The translations under genes and the position numbers were made by a program. From assembly GCA_020630335.1 (NCBI GenBank), contig JAHDBN010000004.1, positions 9,258 to 73,257 of the forward strand: a stretch of 64,000 bases of DNA, in the 5' to 3' direction. This document shows positions 37,247 to 46,270 of this stretch, piece after piece (within the stretch, counting starts at the first letter, position 1; each line of letters begins with the position of its first letter). Source of the stretch: Bacteriovoracaceae bacterium (GTDB lineage Bacteria > Bdellovibrionota > Bacteriovoracia > Bacteriovoracales > Bacteriovoracaceae). A model generated the notes under the pieces. That model did no database searches and was not told the DNA's origin. It saw only the letters and a list, made by a program, of their open reading frames with translations.

Positions 37247-38593
37247 GTGTCAGAAAAAAGCTTATATTTCTCATCTCTAGGGTGCTCTAAAAACCTTGTT
37301 GATTCTCAGGTAATGCTTGGTTATTTAGGTCTTGATGGATACTCAATCGTTCAAGATCCCAAAGAAGCTGAAGTTATTATTGTTAACACTTGTTCTTTTG
37401 TGGAGGCAGCAAAGAAAGAATCTATCGAAACTATTCTAGATTTTGCTGATTATAAAGATCCTGAAGTAGGAAGTTGCAAGGCTTTAGTGATGGCAGGTTG
37501 TATGGCGCAAAGATACTCTACTGATTTAGAAGATTCTATGCCAGAAGTAGATCTTTTTATTGGAACGGGAGAATATAATAAAATTACCACTCTTTTAAAG
37601 GCCTTAAAAGAAAACTCATTAGAGAAGAAATCTTTTGTAGAAATTCCTAAATATATTCATACAGATTTAGATCCGAGAGTAAATACTTCTCCTGGGTATA
37701 TGGCATGGCTGAAAGTTAGTGAAGGATGTAATAGAAATTGTACCTTTTGTATTATCCCAACTCTTAGAGGGCGCTTAAGGTCTAGATCGGTTGAGTCCTT
37801 AGTCAAAGAAGCAACTAAGTTAGCAGAGTCTGGAGTTAAAGAATTAAATATTATATCTCAAGATCTTTCTGATTATGGGGTTGATCTTAATGATAAAAAT
37901 GATCTTCATCAATTACTTGTAGAACTTGAAAAAATTAATGGAATAGAGTGGATTAGACTTTTTTATTATTACCCAGATGATTTAACTGATGAAGTTATTG
38001 ATATCATTGCAAACTCTAAAAAGATTTGCTCATACCTAGATATGCCTGTTCAACACTTTTCTTCACATATATTAAGAAAAATGAATAGAAAAATCTCAAC
38101 AGAAGCAATGATGAGTAAAATTAAAGATTTAAAAAATCGAATACCAGGTATCTTTTTAAGAACTTCTGTCATCGTTGGATTTCCTGGAGAAACTGAAGAG
38201 GATTTTGAGCTCTTAAAAGAAAAGATTCAAGAGATTAAGTTTGATCATCTAGGAGTCTTTAAATATTCAGATGAAGAAGGAACTCCGGCAATAAAACTTT
38301 CAGAGAAATTATCAGAAGAAATTATAGATCAAAGATTTCAAGAGATTTATGATATTCAAAAAGAAATTTCTTTTGAAAAAATGCAGTCTTTAGTTGGAAA
38401 AAAGTTACAAGTGCTAGTTGAAGGATCTCACCCTGATACAGAACTACTTATAAAGGGTCGTCATGTAGGACAAGCTCCTGATATAGATGGTTGTGTTATC
38501 ATCAATGATGGACTTGCTTATCCAGGGGATATAGTAAATGTAGAAATAACTGATGCTCATGATTATGATTTAGTTGGGCATATTGTTACTTAA
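37247..38593 (+). CDS. rimO: Ribosomal protein S12 methylthiotransferase
   Basis: MTTase N-domain ..SLGCSKNLVDSQ..NTCSF.., radical SAM ..EGCNRNCTFCIIP.., C-terminal TRAM. 448 aa. Confidence 0.88.
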   Translation: MSEKSLYFSSLGCSKNLVDSQVMLGYLGLDGYSIVQDPKEAEVIIVNTCSFVEAAKKESIETILDFADYKDPEVGSCKALVMAGCMAQRYSTDLEDSMPEVDLFIGTGEYNKITTLLKALKENSLEKKSFVEIPKYIHTDLDPRVNTSPGYMAWLKVSEGCNRNCTFCIIPTLRGRLRSRSVESLVKEATKLAESGVKELNIISQDLSDYGVDLNDKNDLHQLLVELEKINGIEWIRLFYYYPDDLTDEVIDIIANSKKICSYLDMPVQHFSSHILRKMNRKISTEAMMSKIKDLKNRIPGIFLRTSVIVGFPGETEEDFELLKEKIQEIKFDHLGVFKYSDEEGTPAIKLSEKLSEEIIDQRFQEIYDIQKEISFEKMQSLVGKKLQVLVEGSHPDTELLIKGRHVGQAPDIDGCVIINDGLAYPGDIVNVEITDAHDYDLVGHIVT

Positions 38594-39283
38594 GTGACCT
38601 CTTCTCTTAAAACCACTTTTACTTATATTGAAAAATCCCATTCACCTGTTATTGTTTTTGACTTAGATGATACTCTTTTTGATTCCTCATTTAGAACATT
38701 GCAGATATTTAAAGAGTTTTTTACTGAAGAAAAAAGAAAAGAATTTTCATGTGAATATGAAAAAATAGTTGGGCTTAAAAGAAGTAATGTAAAGTATCGC
38801 CTGAAAGATACCCTGATAAGTGTGGGGATTAGAAATGAGTTTTTTGGGAAACAGCTCTTGAGTTTTTGGAAAGAAAAGTTTTTTAATAATGAATATATCA
38901 AATACGATCAGCCAAATGAAAATGCAGTAGAGTATTGCCAGCAAGTAGCTAATACACAAGCTAAGATCTTTTATTTGACAGGTAGGCAGCATCAACTAAG
39001 ACCTGGAACTTTTAGTTCATTGAAAAAGTTTGGATTCCCACAATTTGAAAATCTCATTACTAAAGAAGAGAAGAGTGAAGATGATCTTGTTTATAAAACT
39101 AGGGAGATTTCTAAGTTAAAAGATAAAGGTGAGATTGTTGCTGTTTTCGAAAATGAGCCAAGAAACCTTCAAGCCATGCAGGAAGTGCTCCCTATGGCTT
39201 TAGCTTTTTTTATGAATACTCGTTTTTCTGATAAGAGTAATGAAATTAAGCTAAAGAATATTATTGAGATTGTTTCTTTTTAA
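38594..39283 (+). CDS. HAD-superfamily hydrolase-like protein
   Basis: Motif I ..VIVFDLDDTLFDS... 229 aa with a GTG start directly after the rimO stop. Specificity unknown. Confidence 0.55.
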   Translation: MTSSLKTTFTYIEKSHSPVIVFDLDDTLFDSSFRTLQIFKEFFTEEKRKEFSCEYEKIVGLKRSNVKYRLKDTLISVGIRNEFFGKQLLSFWKEKFFNNEYIKYDQPNENAVEYCQQVANTQAKIFYLTGRQHQLRPGTFSSLKKFGFPQFENLITKEEKSEDDLVYKTREISKLKDKGEIVAVFENEPRNLQAMQEVLPMALAFFMNTRFSDKSNEIKLKNIIEIVSF

Positions 39284-40176
39284 TCCCAGAAAATATAGTC
39301 AGTTTGCTTAAGTGCACCATATAAACGATCTGCTCCTAAAGCTATTCCACTCGAGACTGGTAAATTTTCTAAGTTTTTTAAAAACCTTGATGGCCAGGGT
39401 AATTTATATTTATAATTTTGTTCTTTTAAGTCTTCAAACTCCTTGAATCTTATTATTTGCTCTTCAACATCTCTTAATTCTTGAAAACAATTAGCTATTT
39501 CTACTCCATGAATATATAACTCAAATCTTTTAGCGACTCTGGAATCATTTTTATCTATTTCAGAAAGAGCACTTAAAGGTGAGGGGAAGTTTGTAATAAT
39601 CAAAAAAGGATATTTTTTAAGTAATGGCTCAATTTTATTTAAAAACAGAAGAAAGAAATAATCATCCCATTCTAGTTCTACACTTCCTATAGGAATATCT
39701 TTGAAGTCTTTTTTAATTTTTTCTAACAACTGATCTTTTGTTAGGAAATCTAAAATACAAAAATTTAGAAATTCTTGAAAAACTTCACTCATCGTTTTAA
39801 TTACAAGCTCACATTTATTATTTGAGAGGAAGGAAAGTAAGGATTGAGTATCTTCAATGATTTTATCCAGTAGTTGATCTCTTCTATACCACTCAAGCAT
39901 TAAGAATTGCTCTCTGTGAATTGGGCTTTTGGGCTCTTTTCTAAAGCAATAAGATAAGGAAAAAATATTTTGAAGCTTAGTCTGTGCGAGTACTTCCTTC
40001 ATTCTAAATTCTGGTGAGGTATGAAGAAACTTATCATGAACTTTGAATGGATGGATGTGAGGCTCCATTCCCGGATTCTCTACTAAGGGAGGAGTATCTA
40101 TTTCTATAAAACCCTCAGAAATAAAGAATTCTCTTAGCTTTTGGACAAATTTTAGTCTTTTTTCAAGATCTAGCAT
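39280..40176 (-). CDS. epmA: Elongation factor P--(R)-beta-lysine ligase (truncated class II LysRS paralog, PoxA/GenX)
   Basis: 298 aa with class II motifs ..FIEIDTPPLV.., ..FRKEPKSPIHREQFLMLEWY.., ..ELYIHGVEIANCFQEL.., ..SSGIALGADRL... No anticodon-binding domain. Confidence 0.85.
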   Translation of the reverse strand: MLDLEKRLKFVQKLREFFISEGFIEIDTPPLVENPGMEPHIHPFKVHDKFLHTSPEFRMKEVLAQTKLQNIFSLSYCFRKEPKSPIHREQFLMLEWYRRDQLLDKIIEDTQSLLSFLSNNKCELVIKTMSEVFQEFLNFCILDFLTKDQLLEKIKKDFKDIPIGSVELEWDDYFFLLFLNKIEPLLKKYPFLIITNFPSPLSALSEIDKNDSRVAKRFELYIHGVEIANCFQELRDVEEQIIRFKEFEDLKEQNYKYKLPWPSRFLKNLENLPVSSGIALGADRLYGALKQTDYIFWD

Positions 40177-40241
40177 ACTAAAAGAAGTTTACTGATTTAA
40201 GTCTCTTATGTAATTATCTTAAAAGAAAATTTAGAGGATTT

Positions 40242-41456
40242 ATGGATATAAGTGCAGTTTTATTACGAATAAGAGAATTAGCGATTAATACAGGTGCGGA
40301 GAGTTTTGTAAACTCATTAAGTGATGATCAAGTGGCTGCAATCCTTGGAGGAGGAATCACTCTACTTGGATTAGTTTTATTTCTTATTTTTAGAAAGAAA
40401 ACGAAAAGAGAAAGTGTTCAAGATATAAAAGAAAGTGAGTTACCTGAAGCCTTAAGAAATCGGACAGAAGATGAACAAGAAGAAGCGAGTAGTTTAGTAG
40501 AGGAAAAGGTAGAGGTTGATACTACTCCGAAGAAGTCTTGGAAAGATCGTTTAAGTTTAGGACTTTCTTCAACAAGAAATGGAGTTTGGGGAAAACTTGA
40601 GAATATATTTAATTCTAAAAAATTAGATGATGACACCTTAGAACATATTGAAGAGCTTTTGTACTCAGCTGATATGGGACACGCTGTTATTGATGAGATT
40701 ATTGAAAATTTTAAAAAAGAAATTACTAAAGATGATTCTAGTTTTGAAAGTTTTAAGTCTTGGACAAAAAATTTTTTAAAAGAAAAACTTAATCCTATTC
40801 AAAAAAAAGCAGATCTTTCTTTATTTCAATTTAAAGCAAATTCAGGTTTAAAAGTATTTATGATTGTTGGAGTTAATGGTGCAGGTAAAACGACAACTAT
40901 TGGAAAACTAGCAACAAAATTAAAAAAACAAGGAGCTAAAGTTGTAGTTGGAGCTTGTGACACCTTTAGAGCAGCAGCTGTTGAGCAATTAGAGGTTTGG
41001 TGTAAGAGGGCAGATGTTGAAATGATTAAAGCGAAAGAAGGTAATGATCCAAGTGGAGTTGCCTATGATACTTTAGCCAAGGCTCAATCTATAGGAGCAG
41101 ATTATTGTTTGCTAGACACAGCAGGAAGATTACATACAGCAACAGGCTTGATGGATGAGTTAGCCAAAACAAAAAAAGTTTTGAGTAAATTAGATGAATC
41201 AGCTCCTCATCAAACACTTTTAGTGATTGATTCTATTACTGGACAGAATGCTTTAAACCAAGCAAAAGAATTTAATAAGGCCTTAGATCTTTCAGGGTTG
41301 GTTCTTACTAAGTGCGATGGATCTTCAAAAGCTGGAAATGCAGTAAGTATGGCGGCTTCTTTGAGTGTCCCTATTGCTTATATTGGAGTAGGAGAAGATG
41401 TCGAGGATTTAGAGGTTTTCAATACTGATGATTATTTAAATGCTCTTTTAGGATAA
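40242..41456 (+). CDS. ftsY: Signal recognition particle receptor FtsY
   Basis: N-terminal TM/acidic region, then NG domain ..MIVGVNGAGKTTTIGKLA.., ..DTFRAAAVEQL.., ..LLDTAGRL.., ..VLTKCDGSSKAG... Confidence 0.92.
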   Translation: MDISAVLLRIRELAINTGAESFVNSLSDDQVAAILGGGITLLGLVLFLIFRKKTKRESVQDIKESELPEALRNRTEDEQEEASSLVEEKVEVDTTPKKSWKDRLSLGLSSTRNGVWGKLENIFNSKKLDDDTLEHIEELLYSADMGHAVIDEIIENFKKEITKDDSSFESFKSWTKNFLKEKLNPIQKKADLSLFQFKANSGLKVFMIVGVNGAGKTTTIGKLATKLKKQGAKVVVGACDTFRAAAVEQLEVWCKRADVEMIKAKEGNDPSGVAYDTLAKAQSIGADYCLLDTAGRLHTATGLMDELAKTKKVLSKLDESAPHQTLLVIDSITGQNALNQAKEFNKALDLSGLVLTKCDGSSKAGNAVSMAASLSVPIAYIGVGEDVEDLEVFNTDDYLNALLG

Positions 41457-41521
41457 AATTTGTCATAATGTGTCTTCTTCAAATTGACGGTAATTCATAA
41501 GTTCTGTATTTTAAAAGAGTA

Positions 41522-41833
41522 ATGAATACATCTAAAGAATTTGACATATTGAGTCATAAAGTTCGACTCAGAGATAATGAAAGCAGTACTACTGATGCGC
41601 AAAAAGTCGTCGACTTATTGAACAAAGAGATTACTGCAATTAGTTCTATGAACTCAAGACTTGAACCTAATAAGAAAATTTTGTTAGCTGCCCTTAAGAT
41701 TGCAGGCGATCATGTGCGATTAAAAGATGAGTGTAAGCAACAAATGGTGTCTTTTGAAAACTCTATTAGTGAGGCCATGACTCTTATTGATAAGTTTAAA
41801 ATAGTTGAGGAGAGTCCAAGCACTCTAAACTAG
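41522..41833 (+). CDS. zapA: Cell division protein ZapA-like
   Basis: 103 aa. ..ILSHKVRLR..(..)..ILLAALKIAGDHVRLKDE.. fits the ZapA pattern. Sits directly upstream of a 5-FCL gene, as zapA does in E. coli. Confidence 0.55.
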   Translation: MNTSKEFDILSHKVRLRDNESSTTDAQKVVDLLNKEITAISSMNSRLEPNKKILLAALKIAGDHVRLKDECKQQMVSFENSISEAMTLIDKFKIVEESPSTLN

Positions 41834-41870
41834 TTCTTATTTCTTTAGATTTTTAATGTAAGAAGGTTTT

Positions 41871-42380
41871 GTGAAAGCAGAGTTACGTACACATTTTAAA
41901 AATCTGGATTTTTCAAATATTGATATTGATTTGGCTTCTTTGTTAAATAATTTTCTTGAAGATAAAGAAGAAGTAAAAAGCCTTGGTTTATATTCTGCTT
42001 TAAAAGGAGAATATCCTTTATTATCGAAACACTTGTTTAGTAGATGGAAGATAGCTCTTCCTTTTATTGATGGAAAGGAGATGAAGTTTTCATTAGTTGA
42101 AGAAAATATTTTAGATCATAAAGTAGATTATGATCTAAATCCTGAATTCAGAGGTGATGAGGTTGCTCCAGATGCACTTATTATCCCTGCACTTGCTTAT
42201 GATAAATCAGGAGTGCGTTTAGGAAGGGGAGGAGGATTTTATGATAGATACCTTTCAGACTATACGGGACTCACTATTGGAATAAGTAAAAACTTTGTAG
42301 AAGAACTTCCAGAGGAAGATCATGATCAAAGGGTACAATACGTTTTTAATTTAAAAGAAATAATAAAAGTAAAAAATTAG
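41871..42380 (+). CDS. 5-formyltetrahydrofolate cyclo-ligase
   Basis: ..ALIIPALAYDKSGVRLGRGGGFYDRYL.. is the family signature. 169 aa with a GTG start. Confidence 0.8.
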   Translation: MKAELRTHFKNLDFSNIDIDLASLLNNFLEDKEEVKSLGLYSALKGEYPLLSKHLFSRWKIALPFIDGKEMKFSLVEENILDHKVDYDLNPEFRGDEVAPDALIIPALAYDKSGVRLGRGGGFYDRYLSDYTGLTIGISKNFVEELPEEDHDQRVQYVFNLKEIIKVKN

Positions 42381-42389
42381 GAGAATATA

Positions 42390-43949
42390 ATGGAATCAAA
42401 TGCCATAGTTGTTAGCGCTTTAGTTGGAGTTGTTGGTTTTGTCATCGGTTTTGCCCCAATGTTTATGAAGGGAAATGCCGAGAGAAAGAAACGAGAAAAA
42501 GAAGGCGATGAAATTTTAAGTGCTGCTAAAGAAAAAGCAAAAACTATTAGAGCTGAAGCAAAAGGTGAAGCTAAAGCAATAATCAGAGATGAGAAACAAG
42601 CTCTTGAAAGAGAGTATCAATCTAAAAATGATAAACTTTCTAATATTGAAAGAGAGCTCACTAAAAAAGAAGTAAAGCTTGATCAAAAATTAGAAAATCA
42701 AGAAAGATTAGAAGCAGATGTTAAATCAAAAGAAGAAGCTTTAAAGATTCAATCTGAAAAGCTAGCAGAGAAAGAGAAAAAATACGAGCAAAGAGCAAGT
42801 GAGTATGCAGAGAAGTTGTCTTCAGTTTCTGGTATGAGTAAAGAGACGATTAAAGAAGAACTTATTTCAATTTATACAGAAGAAGCGAAACTAGATGCTT
42901 CTAGAGAAATTAAAAGAATTGAAGATGACACAAAAGAGCAATCTGAAAAGAAAGCTAAAAAAATTATTTCAACAGCTATTCAAAGATTTGCTGGAGAATA
43001 TGTGGCTGAGCAGACAATTTCCTCAGTAGCTCTTCCTGATGATGGAATTAAAGGAAGATTAATTGGTAGAGAGGGAAGAAATATTAGAGCATTTGAGCAA
43101 ATCTGTGGTGTTGATTTAATTATTGATGATACACCAGGAATTGTTGTTATTTCTTGTTTTAATGTCGTGAGAAAAGAAATGGCTCGTATGACTCTTGAAA
43201 GACTTATCGCAGATGGAAGAATTCATCCTGCAAAAATTGAAGACTTTTATGAGAAATCTAAGGTTCAGTTTGAGTCAAGATTAAGAGATCTTGGAGATAA
43301 AGCTCAAATGGAAATAGGTGTTCACGGAATGCATCCTGAAATTTTAAAAATGATTGGTGCTCTAAATTGGAGAACATCATATATGCAAAATCAGTATCAG
43401 CATTCTTTAGAAGTTGCTTTTCTTTGTGGAGCTATGGCCGCCGAGCTTGGATTAAATACAAAACAAGCTAGAAGAGCAGGACTTCTACACGATATTGGAA
43501 AAGTCATGGATGCTTCAATGGAAGGATCGCATGCGATGGTAGGAGCTGATTATATTAAAAAGTATGGAGAGTCTGCTGATATTGTCCATGCAGTTAGAGC
43601 TCACCATGAAGATGTTAAGCCTGAAACTGTTCTTGCTCATCTTGTCATGGCTGCTGATGCAATCAGTGGTGCTAGGCCAGGAGTTAGAAAATTCTTAAAA
43701 GAGTCTTACGTTTCAAGAGTTACAGATATAGAAAAAATTGCAAACGGATTTGAAGGAGTAAGAAAGTCTTATGCAATTTCAGCTGGTAGAGAAATAAGAG
43801 TCTTAGTAGAGAATGAAAAAATCAGTGATGAATCAACAGTTGTTTTATCAAGAGATATTGCTAAGAAAATCGAAGAAGAAATGTCTTATCCAGGATCAAT
43901 TAAAGTTTCTGTAATTAGAGAAACAAGAGCTGTGGGGATTGCAAAATAA
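42390..43949 (+). CDS. rny: Ribonuclease Y
   Basis: N-terminal TM, long coiled coil, KH domain ..IKGRLIGREGRNIRAFE.., HD domain ..HSLEVAFL..LLHDIGK... 519 aa. Confidence 0.92.
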   Translation: MESNAIVVSALVGVVGFVIGFAPMFMKGNAERKKREKEGDEILSAAKEKAKTIRAEAKGEAKAIIRDEKQALEREYQSKNDKLSNIERELTKKEVKLDQKLENQERLEADVKSKEEALKIQSEKLAEKEKKYEQRASEYAEKLSSVSGMSKETIKEELISIYTEEAKLDASREIKRIEDDTKEQSEKKAKKIISTAIQRFAGEYVAEQTISSVALPDDGIKGRLIGREGRNIRAFEQICGVDLIIDDTPGIVVISCFNVVRKEMARMTLERLIADGRIHPAKIEDFYEKSKVQFESRLRDLGDKAQMEIGVHGMHPEILKMIGALNWRTSYMQNQYQHSLEVAFLCGAMAAELGLNTKQARRAGLLHDIGKVMDASMEGSHAMVGADYIKKYGESADIVHAVRAHHEDVKPETVLAHLVMAADAISGARPGVRKFLKESYVSRVTDIEKIANGFEGVRKSYAISAGREIRVLVENEKISDESTVVLSRDIAKKIEEEMSYPGSIKVSVIRETRAVGIAK

Positions 43950-44407
43950 TGAAAAACTTAATTATTACTTTATGTTTATTTATATCTTTAAACTCATCAG
44001 CTGAGTTTATGAGAAAATTTGGTTTAGGAGTTTCAATTGGAGTGCCAACAGGGATTTCTGCAAATTATTTTTTAAATCCTCATACATCAATTGATGCTTT
44101 AATTTCTTATGATTTTGATGATTTTTATAACTTAAGAGTTGATTATCTCAAGCATAAAAGAAATATTTTTACTATAGATGATTATTTTTTTGATGCTTAT
44201 TATGGACTAGGTCTAAGAATGAAAGGAGATAAAGAAAATCCTAAAGATGAGGACTTTCTTTTTGGTCCTAGAGCAGTTGCTGGCGTTGGACATTTTTGGA
44301 AATCATTTCCACTAGAAGTTTTCGTTGAGGTTGCTGGTGTTTTTTCTATCTGGGAAGAGACAGATTTTGATTTTGAAGCAGCTTTAATCACTCGCTGGTA
44401 TTTTTAA
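43949..44407 (+). CDS. Small outer-membrane beta-barrel-like protein
   Basis: Signal peptide MKNLIITLCLFISLNSSA, alternating hydrophobic beta-strand pattern and a C-terminal aromatic residue (..TRWYF). 1-nt overlap with the rny stop (TAATG). Confidence 0.45.
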   Translation: MKNLIITLCLFISLNSSAEFMRKFGLGVSIGVPTGISANYFLNPHTSIDALISYDFDDFYNLRVDYLKHKRNIFTIDDYFFDAYYGLGLRMKGDKENPKDEDFLFGPRAVAGVGHFWKSFPLEVFVEVAGVFSIWEETDFDFEAALITRWYF

Positions 44408-44411
44408 TTCG

Positions 44412-44843
44412 ATGCCTAAATTTATCTCCCTTGGTGTTATTTATAAGTTTATAAATGCTAAGCCACATGTTTTTATGCAAAGAAGAGATGAAGAGGGGCC
44501 TTTTTTTAACTTTTGGGAATTTCCAGGAGGAAATATAGAAGAAGGAGAAACTCCTTCTGAAGCGATAATTAGAGAAATTGAAGAAGAAGTTGGAATCAAG
44601 GTTCAAAATCCTTATATGTTTAAAATTGCTCGCTATGATTATGGAGAAAAATCTTATATCTTTTACACGCATCTATTCAAATACGATGAAGATTATAAGC
44701 TAGATAATTGGTTTGATTTAGATGATGAGAGTTTTTGGAGTAATATTCCTCCTGCGAATATTGATTTAATTAAATCTTTAAGAAAATTTTTTGGAAAAGA
44801 GATGAAAGAATATAAAGAGTTTGAAAAATATTTATGGAAGTAA
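44412..44843 (+). CDS. NUDIX hydrolase (MutT-like)
   Basis: Nudix box GGNIEEGETPSEAIIREIEEEVGI (Gx5Ex7REUxEExGU). Confidence 0.8.
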   Translation: MPKFISLGVIYKFINAKPHVFMQRRDEEGPFFNFWEFPGGNIEEGETPSEAIIREIEEEVGIKVQNPYMFKIARYDYGEKSYIFYTHLFKYDEDYKLDNWFDLDDESFWSNIPPANIDLIKSLRKFFGKEMKEYKEFEKYLWK

Positions 44844-45589
44844 CAATAAAAATCCTTTTTCACTTTTTTATGATTCTCTCCTTAGGGATGGTCGTCCATC
44901 TTCCTTTTGTAAATATTAAAGAGACAGGTATTGGGTTTTTCAGATTAGTTTATGCAATAGCAGGAACTTCTCTTCTTTGCGCTCTAAGCTTATCTTTTAC
45001 ATCCTTTGTCACTGTTAAAACCTGGAATATTATTGTTTTTTCAGTATGGCTTTTGAGCTTAGCAGTTTCTTATGTAGTCTTAGGTCATTGGGATATAATA
45101 AAAGCTAAAAAGTTAACAAAGTTGTTAGCTCTTATTGAGTTAAGTGTCTTGGGAGCTTATCTTTTAGGTTATTCTTTTTTTCATGCATCATTTCTTTTCG
45201 TCACGATTTTTTATTTTGGAAGTATCACTTTTGCAATGATTCTTGGACACTATTATTTAGTTGTCCCACGATTAAGTGAAAAGCCTCTTTTAAATTTACA
45301 TATTGAATTTTGGGTTTTTCTTATTTTTAAAATCATACTTATTAGTTATGTTTTTTCAGTGGAGAATATTAATTTTGGGCTAAGAGAAATGTATGACTCA
45401 ATCATGCTTGCAATGAGAGTTCTTTGGGGGCCCGTGGCAATTTTTTGCTTAAGTATTTTTAGTTTTAAACTCTCTAAGATGCGTTCAACTCAAAGTGCAA
45501 CTGGAGTCTTGTATGTGGAAACATTTTTTATGATTTCATCCGAATTAATTGCTTTATATTTTTTTATTGTAAAAGGTTGGACTTTATAA
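44834..45589 (+). CDS. Hypothetical polytopic membrane protein (about 8 TM)
   Basis: 251 aa and hydrophobic throughout. Overlaps the NUDIX stop by 10 nt. No family recognised. Confidence 0.5.
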   Translation: MEVTIKILFHFFMILSLGMVVHLPFVNIKETGIGFFRLVYAIAGTSLLCALSLSFTSFVTVKTWNIIVFSVWLLSLAVSYVVLGHWDIIKAKKLTKLLALIELSVLGAYLLGYSFFHASFLFVTIFYFGSITFAMILGHYYLVVPRLSEKPLLNLHIEFWVFLIFKIILISYVFSVENINFGLREMYDSIMLAMRVLWGPVAIFCLSIFSFKLSKMRSTQSATGVLYVETFFMISSELIALYFFIVKGWTL

Positions 45590-46039
45590 ATGGAAATTCA
45601 ATTTACATGTGATAATTGCCAATCTAGCGTTGAAGTTTTTCCAAGCTTAAATGCTTCAGAGATAAATTGTTCTGTCTGTCATCACACTCAAGAAGTAAAG
45701 TTCTCTAATGATCACTTGGATGGGAACTTAATAGATTGTCCTAGTTGTGGTCGAAAAGATTTTTATAAGCAAAAAGATTTTAATAGGAAACTTGGAGTAG
45801 CTTTATTTATTATTGCAGCAATAGCGTCGATATGGACTTATGGCATTAGCCTCATTGTTTTATGGTTATTAGATCTTTTTTTGTTTAGTAAAATTGGAAA
45901 CGTTGCGATTTGTTATAAATGTAATACGAACTTTAGAGATGTAAAAAATATGTCAAAAATCCCTGGATTTGATCACGAAATGAACGATAGAATCGTGTAT
46001 TCTGATCATGATTTCGAAGGGAAGCCACTTGAGCACTAA
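45590..46039 (+). CDS. Hypothetical membrane protein with zinc-ribbon-like CxxC pairs
   Basis: CDNC..CSVC and CPSC..CYKC pairs flank two TM helices (LGVALFIIAAIASIW, ISLIVLWLLDLFLF). The start abuts the upstream stop (TAAATG). Confidence 0.5.
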   Translation: MEIQFTCDNCQSSVEVFPSLNASEINCSVCHHTQEVKFSNDHLDGNLIDCPSCGRKDFYKQKDFNRKLGVALFIIAAIASIWTYGISLIVLWLLDLFLFSKIGNVAICYKCNTNFRDVKNMSKIPGFDHEMNDRIVYSDHDFEGKPLEH

Positions 46040-46067
46040 TTATCGGATAAAAGAATAACACTTAAGA

Positions 46068-46096
46068 TTGAGAGTATCTCGAATACATGATATAAT
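46068..46096 (+). promoter_or_regulatory. Near-consensus extended -10 sigma70 promoter
   Basis: TTGAGA (46068-46073), 17-nt spacer ending in TGa, TATAAT (46091-46096). Lies about 175 nt upstream of the CNNM gene ATG. Confidence 0.55.
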
Positions 46097-46187
46097 AGAT
46101 CTAATAATCAGGGCCATAATGGTGGTTTCCACGATTGGATTTATTGCCTTAAAAAGCAAATAACCTAGATTAGAAACAAACAAGGAG

Positions 46188-46219
46188 CTTTTGAATAGAA
46201 CCCCCTTCAGAAAGTTTTT
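46188..46219 (+). terminator. Terminator/attenuator-like hairpin inside the leader
   Basis: CTTTTGAA-(10-nt loop TAGAACCCCC)-TTCAGAAAG, 8 bp with one bulged G, followed by T5. Confidence 0.4.
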
Positions 46220-46270
46220 ATCAAATTTTAGTATCATTCAATTCATTTTTTTTAAACCTAGGCCTTAACC

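Noticed and set aside
41834-41870. Looked for a 6S RNA (ssrS) between zapA and the 5-formyl-THF cyclo-ligase gene, its classic position in E. coli and relatives
   Set aside because: The gap is only 37 nt, and the gap upstream of zapA is 65 nt. Both are too short for an RNA of about 180 nt, so 6S, if present, must be elsewhere.
44388-44672. 94-aa minus-strand ORF antisense to the NUDIX gene
   Set aside because: The plus-strand ORF carries a perfect Nudix box. The antisense ORF is low-complexity and unsupported.
46040-46237. 65-aa minus-strand ORF in the 231-nt intergenic region
   Set aside because: It has no RBS and an odd composition. It overlaps the strong plus-strand promoter and leader, so the region is better explained as a regulatory leader.
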